From Octopus bimaculoides (lineage: Eukaryota), in the NCBI RefSeq assembly GCF_001194135.2, contig NC_068997.1, positions 27,023,441-27,085,620 of the forward strand: a DNA stretch of 62,180 nt. Reading direction: 5' to 3'. Numbering within the stretch: the first letter of the stretch is position 1; every line of letters begins with the position of its first letter. Shown piece by piece: positions 39,100 to 52,632 of this stretch. Below the pieces are notes generated by a model, which saw only the letters and a list, made by a program, of their open reading frames with translations, made no database searches and had not been told where the DNA came from. The position numbers and the translations under genes are program-made.

Positions 39100-41975
39100 G
39101 TAAGTATGTTGTTTAGCCCTAACTTTTGACCTGTGGTCAGAAGTGTTCCTGCTGTGATCTTGTTTTGTTTTTTGTTTTTCTTCAAAATGTGTTCCCTGCA
39201 TGGTACCACTCATTGTGTCCTTCCTTGTTCAAGACAGTTGTGTGTGATTTCAAAAAGAGATTTGGATATTAATTCTAAAGGTTCCAAAAGAGACTTAGAT
39301 GTTTTCATAGCCAGAGCAGCTTTTACAGGCCTCTGATATGGTTTGAATGACTAGTTCATGTCTCTCCCATTGGCTTTGTGTTTAAAGAATTAATATGATT
39401 TTTACAAATATCAAGCACTGAAATTGCATAAATCATTTATTTCTCTAAGGAAATTCATTTCAGCAATTATTTTTATTTATTTTTTTTTTCTGTAGTGTCA
39501 GCTCAGAGCTGCAGCTATGCTGATGCATTGCTGTTTTATGAATAATATGGTAAAAACAATAGGATTCTTGAGTGCAAACCATAATATTTAGTAGTGGCAT
39601 AGGAGTAACATTTGAAATCAAGAAATGTGCTATGATAGAGATGAAATAATTCATAAAAAGTATTGGAAATCGAAATCAAATTCAATGACAGTACCGCTTG
39701 ACTGCCATCCGTGCTAGTGGAGCGCTAAGAGCATCATCTGAGCATGATCGTTGCCGGGGCCGCTGACTGGCACGTAAAAAGCACCATTCAAGTGTGATCG
39801 TTACCAGCGTTGCCTTACTGGCATGTGAAAAACAACACTCGAGCGAGGTCATTGCCAGTGCAGGTGGCACATAAAAAAAACACCATTTGAGTGTGGCCGT
39901 TGCCAGTACCGCCTGACTGGCCCTCGTGTCAGTGGCACGTAAAAGTACCCACTACACTCTCAAAGTGGTTAGCGTTAGGAAGGGCATCCGGCTGTAGAAA
40001 CTCAGATTGAAGCCTGGTGCAGCCATCTGGCTCGCCAGTCCTCAGTCAAACCGTCCAGCCCATGGCAGCATGAAAAGCAGACATTAAATAATGATGATGA
40101 TATTGGAAAAGAATAGAAAATCATTAAGTGTAAAAGGAACATTATAACTATTTAGAGTGGTAAGCTGACAGAATCATTAGAACATCAGAAAGAATACTTT
40201 GTGGCATTCATTTTAGCTCTGCATTCTGAGTAACTTAGGTCCTACGGTCAGTGTAATCAACACATCTGCCTCTCAAAGTGGTTAGCCTTGTGCTAAAATT
40301 TGAGACCAGAACTGGCAAAATCATTAGAGCTTTGGACAAAATTTTTAACAGCATTTCTTTTGTTCTGAGTTCAAATCTCACTGAGGTTTTTTGTCTTCCA
40401 TTTTCTCAGAGTTGATATAATAAAGTGCCAGTCAAGCACTGGGGTTGATATAATCAACTAGCTCTCTCCCCCAAAATTTCAGACCTTATGCTTATAGCAG
40501 AAAAGATTATTATTAAGATAACTGTGTTCAGGGCTTTTCCTCTGCAGCTAAGTCCCCTTCAGATTTTTTATATGTCACATGAAGAGTAAGGTTAGATTGA
40601 AGAGGGATGTGCTAATCTCCAATAAAAATTTGCAGAAAGGTAAATGAGTGTGGCCTGGCTGAATGGGGCTACTCTTAAAATCTAGCTGTCAAGTACAGAC
40701 AAAAATTGGGAGAAATTACTCTCATCCGCCTATTTCTGTTTTCTCAAATGTGTCTCATTTGCTGCATTTCTGGCCATTAAAAGTGATGTTATTATGTAAT
40801 GGGTACTATTTACTTTCACCTTATTCAAAATCTTGCTTGGATTGATTTTGCATGTCATTTTAAGTTAATATATTATAGATTACTATACAACTCCTTGAGT
40901 TAATCTAACCAAAATCTGTGTCCTTCGGCCGAACTTAGAAACAAATATTCTTTCATCTTTTGGGGGTTGATAATTTGCCTTTCATTCTTTCAGGGTCAAT
41001 AAAATAAAGACACATTTTGAACGAGGCCATTGCAAGTACTGTGTGACTGGCACGTAAAAGCACCCACTACACTCTCAGAGGGCATCCAGCTGTAGAAACT
41101 CTGCCAGATCAGATTGGAGCCTGGTTTGCCAGTCCTCAGTCAAATCGTCCAACCCATGCTAGCATGGAAAGCGGACGTTAAACGATGATGATGTTGATGA
41201 TATCGACTAACATTACTCCGCTTAAAATTCTGACCTTGTGCCTTAATTAGAAACAATTATATAAAGGTATTGGTTTAGGATGAATCATTAGTGTCAGATT
41301 AAATGCCTTGTAGTATTTCTTCCAACATTGTATTCAAATCCTACTGAGATCAACTTTGCCTTTCATTCCTTGGGGTTCATAAAATAAAGTGCCAGTCAAG
41401 TACTGAAGTTGAGGATAATGACTAACCCCCTACCTTCAAAATTGCTCACCTTGTGCCTAAATTATAAACAATTATTAATGTCTTTACTAAGTTTTATACA
41501 TTCGTGTTACCTCTGTAGCAATTAAATAGAAGACAATTATAACTGCTTTTTCTTTTGCTTTTTGTCCAGGCATTAGAGGCTTATGGCTTTAAACCGCAGT
41601 GGATTACCGAAGATGAGTGTTTAAATATAACACAGAAAGATAAAAACACAGTGTATCTGTGTGATAAATTTGAAGGAGATGCTTTTGAACACCTAAAGTC
41701 ACATGGGTTGAGGTCAGTAAATAGATTATTATTATCAGAGAAAAAATAAAAATGAAGTCAATAAAAAGGATATGTGATGGCATGAATGATGCAAGCCTGT
41801 ACTTGTTTCTATATTTTTAGGAGATTATCCCCAATTTTGTAAGTGAATGAATAACCCTTGTATTGGTTTTGGTGAATGAGTGTGTGACATATTTGGTTTG
41901 GCATTACTGACTGATTGTGTTAAACCATGTGTTTTATGTATATTCATAGTATACACTTAGATGCATGAGCATGCA

Positions 41976-42048
<73 letters not shown>

Positions 42049-45000
42049 ATATATATAAATGCCAAAACGAATTTCTGTGTCATTGTGTCACACTTTGACC
42101 CCCTATCTCACTATTCAATGACTCTGCTATTATTCCTCATGTTGGGGTGAGAGTAATAGTAGGCATAGAGACATTGATGGCAGTAGTAGATCGATGGTTG
42201 TGATGGTAATGGTATGAGCTGTAGTTGTGATAGAGGTGGAGGCAATGGTGGTGGTGGTGGTGGTAGCCAAGGTGGTCAGGGATTATGGTGATAGGAAGTG
42301 ATGTGAAAGATGGTGGTGAAGGGGAAGGCAGTGAGGTCAAAGGTATTGATTGTGGTGGCGTCAGAAGTCTGGTGTGTGTATGGCAGTTGTTGTGCACCCT
42401 TCTAAATAATGTTATGCCCTTTTCTCTTGTAATTGCATTCTCTTCTGACCTTGTGCGCTCTCGTCGAAAAATTCCTGGGACCACGCCTGATAAATGTTGT
42501 TTGTCATGTAGGTAGAGGAAGAGGTTATCTGTAGTGTCTGGGAATATCATCTCCATTATGTTACATAGAAAGGAGTACTTTTAGCTGGCAAGTGGATTTA
42601 ATGTGATAGGATACAGGTGACTGGGTCTGTATTTTTAAAATCATTGATGGTGTTAACTTGAGACAGTTCTGCAGACATTTTTTCCCACCTGTACTACGTT
42701 ACACATTAACTGACAAGCATAACATTTTCGTGAATTTAGGTTCCTGATGTTGATTATTCGCAAAATTACGTATATGAACTATAAACATTATCTTCAAATT
42801 TCCATAAAATCTGCATCCAGTACTCCCATTTTCAGAATTTATTTTTATTTTATTTCTTTATTTTTCAGAATTTTAGGCCCAGTCTGTGTATTAACTTGTT
42901 TGGAACTTAAAGTGGTAAGTTTAGCTATTAAATTAGAGAATTTTAAATTTATATATCCATTGTTATTATTTTTAAAACTGCATTTTCAGTGCTTTCATGG
43001 GTAGGACATATCCTTTCCAACAACATCTCATCATTTGTTACATTTATCTAAAGATAGCCTTTTTCTTTAAAACTTTTGTTTGTATGTTTACTAAAAAGGT
43101 ACACCTTACATTTCAAATATAATGTGTGTATGCACATATACTACACACAAAATTTCCAATTATGAAATTGCACTATAAATAAATAACAACTTCAACTTGT
43201 AAGCTACTACTCTTAGAAAGTCAAATATATTTATTATCTCAGGTTTAATGGCTGTTAGATAGGCTACTTTTACCTCATTGATGACCTTTCAGTGCTAGCT
43301 ATTGGTAACTGTTAGTTTGGATACAGATAACAAAATTAAGTGTACCTTTCATAGACACTGTTTTGTATAGCTTCATTAGATTTTTAACTAGCAACCTAAA
43401 TTATAAAATCCAGTATCTTACCCTATTGGCTATTTGGCCTTCATTAAATTGCTAATAATCAGAGGGAAAATATCTAAACCTAAATCAATGGCTAACCCAA
43501 CATTTTCTGTCTGTTTAGGAAATTCCTCGTACTAAAGAACCAATCCATAATTTAGCCATGAAGGACACCATCATCAGCTGTACAAATATAGATAAGGTAT
43601 TGCGGGTAAGTTATGATTCAACTTTTTTGATGCCAGTCCGCCTTGAATTATACTGTGTAAAACCACTTGTTTTAAATTAAACTGTTTCATCATAATTAAC
43701 TTTTATCTTTTACTTGTTTCAGTCATTGGACTGCAGCCATGCTGGGGCACTACTTTGAAGGATTTAGTCAAACAAATTGACTGCAATACTTATGTTTACG
43801 TTTGTTATGTATTCTATTATTTTCTGTTGCCAAACCATTAAGGTATGGGAACATGTATTAATCTTTTGTGAATTATACATTAACTGCTAGCATTTTTATG
43901 TTACTAGACATTCATCATCATCATTGTTTAATGTCTGCTTTCCATGCTGGCATGAGTTGGATGGTTCAGCAAGAACTTGCTAGGTAGACGACTGCCCCAG
44001 GCTACTGTGTCTTTTTTGACATAGTTTTTATGGCTGGATGCCTTTCTTAACACTAATCACTCTGTGGAGTGAACCGAGTACATTTTACATGGTACCAGCA
44101 CAAGTGAGGTCAGATTTGGCATGGTTTTTACTGCTGGATGCCCTTCCAAATTCCAACCACTTCACAGTGTAGACTGGATGCTTGTTATGTGCCACCAGCA
44201 TGAGAAGGATCACCAAGTAACTTGCAAGACGAGGAATTTTGAGAGGGGAGGAGCATTGAAGGAGGTGATTTTGTATCGGATGATGAAAGGTTAGAGTGTG
44301 ACAGAGAGGCAGAAACAGATGTCTTGGTATAGAGGAGGTACATGGTTACCCAGCCAGAGAGAGAAAGAAAAACGGAGAGGAAGCGAGAAAGAGGTGGGAG
44401 AGAGGTAACAAGAAAGAAGACAGATACAGGTTCCCTTTACAATTAGAGATCAGCTATTGTTGTGTATTGTTGACATATCATTATCATAGACATGCCATTA
44501 GTGTAATGTTGACGTGTCATTATTGTGATGTTGACATGCTATTATTGTAGTGTATGCCAGCATTTCATTACTGCTGTGTTGAGATTTCGTTATTGTAGTG
44601 TATTGTTGACATATTAATGGTGGTGTGTATGGTAACTAGTCGTTATTGTAATGTCGACATGCCATTGTTAAAGTGTTCATTTTAACACTAGTGTAATATG
44701 CCAACAGCAACATAATGTTAAGTCATCACCACATCCCTGTCATTCCACATGCAGTTTATGTTCTACATGTGTCTGACATACGACACACATCTAATATCTA
44801 TATCACATGTTTTCACTCTCACTCAATACTCGGAATCTGTCATGACACATGATTTTTTTTTTAAATTTTAAATTGTCTATACAGGAATCCTTACACATGA
44901 AAGTTTTGATGATGGGTGGTGAAATCCAACGCAACTTTACTGAAAATGTGACTCATCTTGTGGCTGGAATGGTTGGTAGCAGTAAATACCAGGTAGGTCG

Positions 45001-48000
45001 CTTTCCTGTTCTCATTTCGCAGCTTTTAATATAGATTATATAAAAAGCATGTGTGTCTGTAAATGTGTACTTTTTCGCCTTTTTGCTTGAAAGCATTGAG
45101 CTAAAACAGTGATGTTTGTTGACATTCTCTGTCAACAATTTAACTGGCAACTCTGTTCTTTCAAAGATTAGTGGGATGAAAATATCCTTTATTTGAAAAC
45201 CAGGTTGAGGTTACCAACAAGAAGGTCATTTGACTATAAAACTGTGCCTCGATAAAATGCATTCATCTAATCTTTGTCAGGAAACTAACTTAATACAATT
45301 AAATGAACTGTGGACCATCTGCTCAGGTTGGTTATTCTATAGGTGAAGAAAACACAGAACACCAAAAGATATGCAATGTAAACTCAAGTATTCATTTTTT
45401 TTCTCTCGTTGTGTCGGTAATTTACAAATAGGTTTATTTTTTAGATGCAGTTAACCCTAATTGAATGGGGTTGTAATGGGATGTAAAGAGATCATATGAT
45501 ATAGTTTAATATATAACAGAGTGTATGTCTTTATTACAGGTGGCAAGTAACCTGAAAAAATACATTATGTTACCTGATTGGGTTAATTCTGTCTGGGAAG
45601 CATCACAGGAAGGGTATGTATGTTTTTCCTCATCACTGTTATCACTATCATCATCACTACCATTATTGCCATCACCATCTTCTGTCACCGTTCTCATGAG
45701 TCAAGAGATGCTCTAAGCAGTAACTCAAACTGCGACAAACAGCAACCAATCTTCCTCATATAGGATCTCTTAGTATGTTAAAGAAAATTACATGGTCAGT
45801 ATAATCTTAGATGTCTAACAAGACAAGACACCTGATGGTCACAGAACACTTTTGATCATTGGCTGGCCTGGACTAAACAATTAGCACTCAGCTGTTGTCG
45901 TCATCGACCACTTACATTTTTGAAATCACATTCACTTATTTCTAAATGATTAAAATATTGTGTTTAACATTTACTGTAAAAAAAAAAAATTGTATTTTTT
46001 CGTTGTCAACTCACTGTGTCTTATGGAAAGATAAGAGTTTCTTCCCTTTCGGGACGAGATTTATTTTTAGAACATTTTCCCATTATGCACTGTTTTGAGT
46101 ATTTATATCCTGAAAGCTCTAATATCTCGAAAACCACTTAACTGATTTACATGAAACTTGTTTCATTCTGTTTGTATTAATATTTCAGGGTAATTTAATT
46201 CATAGTATTTTCCCATTATGCTCCAGTTTGACTGTAACATTGCAAGCAAGCAAGATTCAATCTGACTTTTAATAGTATATATATATATATATAGATATAA
46301 TTATTTCTTCCCTGTATGTTTACTATTCTTACAGCTCTGTTCACTGCAATGATGAGAAGTTTCAAAAATACACTTGCCCCATCTTTAAAGGGTTAATTGT
46401 AACAGTATCTGGCTTAGAATCGGCAGAGAGGAAAAAAGTGAAGCAACTGGTTGAAATGGAAGGTAAGTTCATAGAATATCTGCAGGCATTTTCTTTGAAA
46501 GACAAAGTGAAATGCTTGAATGGTTTCAGTGACAGACTACTAGCTCATGGTTTAAAATTTCAAATACTGTTTAACTATATTATAATATATTTTGTTTTAT
46601 TTTATGTATATGTGTGTGTTATGTATGTGTGTATGAATGAATGAATGAAATGAGAGCATTGTAGTATAGAAAAGGAATATATAGAAAGCTCCTAACAATG
46701 CAGAAAGTTTTACAAAAAAACCTTCATATTTCAGGCACAAAGGTCCATCCTCAGAAGGAAGCAGACCAATAAATGTCTAGTTGCACTGAAATACAAAGAA
46801 TTTTGTGAAACTTTCTATATTTTCCTGTTCTTTTTCTGCTTTATATATATGTCTATAAAATTGTTTTTGTAATACACATCATCTATAAGTGTACTTGTTT
46901 ATTTTTAAATATTTGTAGGTGGTGTTTATTCAGGAGAAATGAAAGTTGATGAATGCACTCATTTAATTGTAAATGAACCAAAAGGTAAGACAATGCTTAT
47001 TAGTTTTGCCCTCATCTAACATTAACATTGCTTCATGGACTCCATCAAATCATGCACTTTACCTACTCTGTTATCTTACCTCAGTTCTGTTCTGCCCCAT
47101 CATCTGTTCCACCTAGTCCTGTATTCAATTCAAGTCAATGTCTTCAGAGAAGGAAACTGGAATTGGGTCTGAATGCTTGCAGGAGAGTGAATTCTGCTAT
47201 CACTCTCCAAGGACTTGGTGGTGGCATTAAACCTGATGTTAAGTTAAGCCTACCACCCAAATTAAAGGTACCTAGGACCAGATGCTGATCCTCATTTGTT
47301 ATTTATCATCTCTTGCTCTGATTGAGTAGACCTTTGACCAAAGGCAATCCAATCATGAACATCTCATCACTATTTCAGGCATTGTTGAGCCCAGATTAAA
47401 TCAACCTATGTGACCTTTTTAAGATGGTGTGAGTTGTGATTTGAGAGAGATTTGGCAGCTAGCTATGTCTACCAAGTTAAGGAATCATGTAGAGGTACCC
47501 TTATTGACTTGAGGTAATATTGCTGAACCAAAGGGTTTATTCGGTCAGACACTTTAAAAGTTCCCAAGAGCAAAGCAACATTGTTAAGGCCTGGTGACTT
47601 GTTACAGCTAAACAGTGGCTCTCTAATAAAATCATTCCCTGTTATATGTATGCTATTATTACTTGTATGTGACTCCATATTTCTTTGAGGTGAATGTTTT
47701 GGAATTAATGATTTATACCATTCTTTATTTCAGGCCAGAAATATGAATTTGCCAAGCAATGGAAGATCCAGATTGTAAAACCTCAGTGGTTGTATGAATC
47801 AATTGAAACTAGTTATTGTCTTGATGAAACAAAATACCAATTAAATACTGAAACTCTTGATGGAGAAATGATGACCTCCACACCAACTAAAAATTCCTCA
47901 GCTGGTCAGTCTGAATCTCTATATACACAATCAACTACCTTCTTGATCTAGAATTTCATAGTTAATTCTGTAAATACACAGTATCAACCAAGATAGTCAA

Positions 48001-51000
48001 TATTCTATAGTTGCATGTCTCTTCATCCTTCTGTGATTGATTGACATTGCCAATGGTGTGGTGGACTAAATATACTGCAGTTTTTAGTTATGCCTCTTTA
48101 CCTCCTAAGTTCAAACCCTGTTTGGGTAGTGTTTGATTTTCCTTGTTCCAGGATCAGTGAAATGAAATGCCAGTCATGTTGGACATCAATCTAATCAACT
48201 CTACCTTTCTCTGAAAGGGTTTGGTTTTTATGTCAGTCATAAAAAAATTTCATCATCATTGTTTTTGTTGTGATTATTTGGCACAATTATGGAGTATTTT
48301 TGTAAGTGTTGATGGCTATTCCCTCTAGCATAGCCACTGCCAGATGGCAGAAACCAGTGAAAAAGAATAGTATGCTTTTGGTTACTGTTCAATTCTTGTA
48401 ACTTTATTCCTTTCAATTAAATGCTGTTTATTTCGGTTTTGTTCCAGTTAACCTGAGTTCAATTGCCAATATTTCTGCCATTACTCGTCTTAGCGACACT
48501 ATGCTCAGTGCTTGCAGTTCAAGTATTTCCCGAGTAGACAAGTCTAAACCCAACTTTGATAATACGTCATCAATGTCAACACCTATGTCATTCTTAGATG
48601 GTTGTAAGGTAAATATAACACAGCTGTTACAGTTTTCTTTATATTTATTTCTATATGTATCAGTTGGTATTTGATAAAACTATTTGTCAGGTTATCAGGC
48701 TGTATTATTTACATGACAAATTGGTTGAGTTGGCGAGTGAATGAGTGTCTGTCAAATTGGCAGTCAATGCATTTGTGTCTATGAAATTGTCTATCAAACT
48801 GATTGTTATGTTGTTAGTCAAAATAAATGACTTATTAAGCTTATAAAACTAACTTATGATGTCTGTCAAATTATTTAGCTGTTTGCAGCATGTCAAAATT
48901 GGTTGACTGGCATATTTGTGTGTCAAATTGAGCTGTCATATTGCCTGTTGAATTAGTTTGGTTGTGTTGTGTGTCAAATTGGTTTGGCTGCTGGGTTGTG
49001 TGTCAAATTGGATTGGCTGTCATATGTGCTAAATTGGGTTAACTGTTTTGCATCAAATTAAATTGTTGTTTGTATGTCAAGTTGGGTTATATTTTGTATT
49101 GTCAAAATTGTTTGGATGTCATATCTCAAAGTAGGTTATCTGTTTGTCAAATTGGACTACTCTCCTATATTCCAGATTAATTTGGTTATAATGTGTATCT
49201 CTGTTTAAAGTATAATGTCAACATACATAAAAAATGAAGCACAATTTTACTGCGAGTGACTGGACAGTAACAGTAATTAGCCTTATGTAAATTGGATAGA
49301 TGACTCTCCTGGTCATGATGAGATTAAAATATTGTGAAGTAACTTGTAGGATATACAATGGATTGTTAAGCTGACTGCAGATTATGAAAGGAGATTTAAG
49401 GTACCGTTATTGTGAGATGAAGCTTTGGGTCTAATAACCAGATGGTTATAAGTTCAAACTTAACTGTAGCAACCATTCTGTTGATCCACTTTGAATGATA
49501 TAAAATAATGAAGTTCAACTCTGTGCTTCACAGAGAGATTAATGGCAGAAATTTTTTCGACTACTACAATATACAAACCATCACACTTATGCAAGCATGG
49601 CAAATAATTGTAAGATATATGTTAAAATGTGTGTGTTAATGGATGTAAAAAAAAAAGTTACTAACATAGTATATTTATTATATTGTATTAATTAGATTTA
49701 TCTCAGTGGATTTCGTGGGCCAGACCAAGAACGGTTACTCAGGATCATCAATGTTGGTGGAGGTACTAGGTAGGTCTCACAGATTGTTTGTTTTCCTCAG
49801 AAATTTCACTTTCAGGAGAAAAAGTTTGCATGGGGTATATATTGGGTGTTGGGATTAGTTTAAAAACTATTTGTCTATTTGAAAGTGCCTGTTAACATTG
49901 TTTGTAGCAACAAGTTGTTTCTATCAAGTGGTATTTATTTACACCTTGGTTGATTGGTCCACTTTGGGTATAACTCCATTCACTGTTGGTAACATGCTAT
50001 GATCTACTGATCTTTAACATTTTCTTGTACTCTGACAACCACCTCCCTCCATTTCTCATCTCTCAGTATATCAGTTACATTATATTGAAACCAAAGACTA
50101 ATTGTTATAATTATTTTTATGATTTCAGATTCAATTCTTTAAATGAACATGTTACACATGTTGTGATGGGCGAAATAGTACCAGCAGATATGGATTATCT
50201 AGAGAAAGCTATTCATAGGTATGTTACTTAGTTTCTCAATTGAGGTAAAATTTCCAATTTACATCTTTTTATAAAATGAAGGGATCCTTTTGGTATTGAT
50301 AAACTCCGTTCCAGTCATGTATGGGGTGAATTTAACTGACTGCATTCATCTGGCATATTTGTGTCCTTGTGCGAAAGTTAAAAATCTATATTATTAGTAT
50401 TTAGTTACAGCTTATAACAGTTTAAGTTAAAATCCCTTCATTCTTCTGGAGGGGGTCAATGAAATAAAGTCCCATTCAAGTACTACATGTAATATTCTTT
50501 TACAAGTTTCTATCCTTGTTAAAAATTATTATTAAAAGAGATGTCTTGGCAGAATCATTGATGGCCTAAAATGTTTTGTGGTAGTTGTTTTAACTCTTTA
50601 TGTTTTGAGTTCAAAGCCTATTTTACCTGTCATCCTTTCGTAGTCAACTTGCCTTTGCCCTCAAGGTAATAATAATAATAGTTTCAAATTTTAACCAATA
50701 AGAAGTTTGTTTCCAAGTCATATGGCTTCAGGTTCAGTTCCACTGTGTGGCACCTTGAGCAAGCATCTTCTACTCTAGCCCTGAGATGACCATAGCCTTG
50801 TGAGTGGATTTTATAGATGGAAACTGAAAGAAGTCCATATGTATGTATGTGTGTTACTTGACTTTGCTTAGTAGTCGTAAATGAGTGTCACCATCATGAA
50901 AGCTGTGTGTTTTATTTCTAGTTTTCTGTGAAAATGTCTGGTTATTGGGAAATATTGTTATTTGGGAACAAGTGAGTGTTGGTGACAAGAAGGAAAAGTG

Positions 51001-52594
51001 GATACTAAAACAGTGATCTTATATTTTGAGTTTAGATTTCACTGGATTCGACTTTGCTCTTCATCCATATGGTTTCCAATAAAATAAAATAACAATTACA
51101 TACTGGGAGCAGTTCTAGTGACTAAGCCCTTATCTTTTGCAAATTTGTTTAACCTTGTATCAATGTAATGAATTATTGTTGTTATTGTTTGCATTCTCGA
51201 ACTTTTCTGATGCATTTTCAGGCCACATATACTAAATGCCACCTGGCTTTTAGATTGTGTGAAAGAGAGCAAGTATGTCCCAGAGAAACCCTATTACATC
51301 AAGAAACTTCCCTTTGTAAAGGAATCGCACATGGAACCACCAAAGTGAGTTACAACAAAATTCTTGCATGCAATTTATCATTTTTTTTATTTATTGAGCT
51401 CCATTCATTGCATCCTCCTCAATTCCCATCTCAAATCATGTCACACCCCTTCACACTTGTGACCTTACCTACCAACACACTATATCTGATCCTCTATCTC
51501 TATTCTCTCTCTTATATTTACCTTGTGCCTTAAGAGTATATCCTCACCATCTCTTCCTTACTTTTTCAGCTGGAGAAGGCTTGTATCTCCTCTTCAGCAA
51601 GACACTTGTTCTTGTTCCCCTATCATACTTTCACTTCCCTTAATACTACACCCACCCACCCTCACTCAGTTCAGACATCTTGTCTTGTGAGTAATTTGGT
51701 AGCCTTGCTAGAGGTGGTGTAATGAAAAGGTGTAATGAAAAGGTGAAAAGTTTTGTCTTTCAAGTGACTTGGTGACTTCACTGGTGCCGGTGCCACAAGA
51801 CAGTGGAGCTTGCTGCTGTCCTCTTGCTTGTCAGTTATTGTTGAGCTGTCCAACTCATGCCAGATGTTAAATGGTGGTAATGATGATGATGGTGAATAAT
51901 TTTTTTTCAGAAAACCTGCCCCTATCACAAAACGAAAGCCAGTTGGTGATGTATCACAGCTAAGGACAAGTGCTACCACTACTGAATTTGGCGAAAATAC
52001 TGATGAAGAATTGGCTTTGATGAGTCAGTATCTCCAAGGATCAGTAATGTCTAAGAGTGAAGGTAAAAACATAATGCCATGTTATTTTTTTTTGTGAGTG
52101 AGGTGAGTGTGAAATCTAGTATGTATATGTTTGTTAAAATATCTTCTACATCCATATGTGAACAAACTGAAGGTAATCATCCACTTGTGTGGAATTAACT
52201 AAGTTGAATATTTATATATATTTTAACATTCTTATTTAGGTGCAGGTGTTGTTGTGTGGTAAGAAGTTTACTTCCTAACCACATGGTTCCAGGCTCAGTC
52301 CCACTGCATGGCACCTTGGGCCAGTGTCTTCTGCTATAGTCTCGGGCTGACCAAGCCTTTGTGAGTGGATTTCGTATATGGAAATTGAAAGCCCATCATA
52401 TATATATATGTGTGTGTGTGTGTGTGTCTGTGTTTGTTCCCCCACTACCTCTTGACAATTAGTGTTGGTTTGTTTTCATCCCCATAACTTAGCAGTTCAG
52501 CAAAACTTCATTTGACTAAAAATTCTTCAAGTCTAATAACTAAAGCAAGTAAAAGATAAAAGACAACAGTCAATGTTTTCTTGTGTATTTATAT

Positions 52595-52632
<38 letters not shown>

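Noticed and set aside
42137-42556. 139-aa His/Pro-rich minus-strand ORF
   Set aside because: Low-complexity (TGG/TGA)n intronic sequence with no domain or splice support.
48710-49160. CRISPR-like repeat-spacer appearance
   Set aside because: Eukaryotic intron, cores only ~10 bp and imperfect, spacers related to each other, no cas genes.
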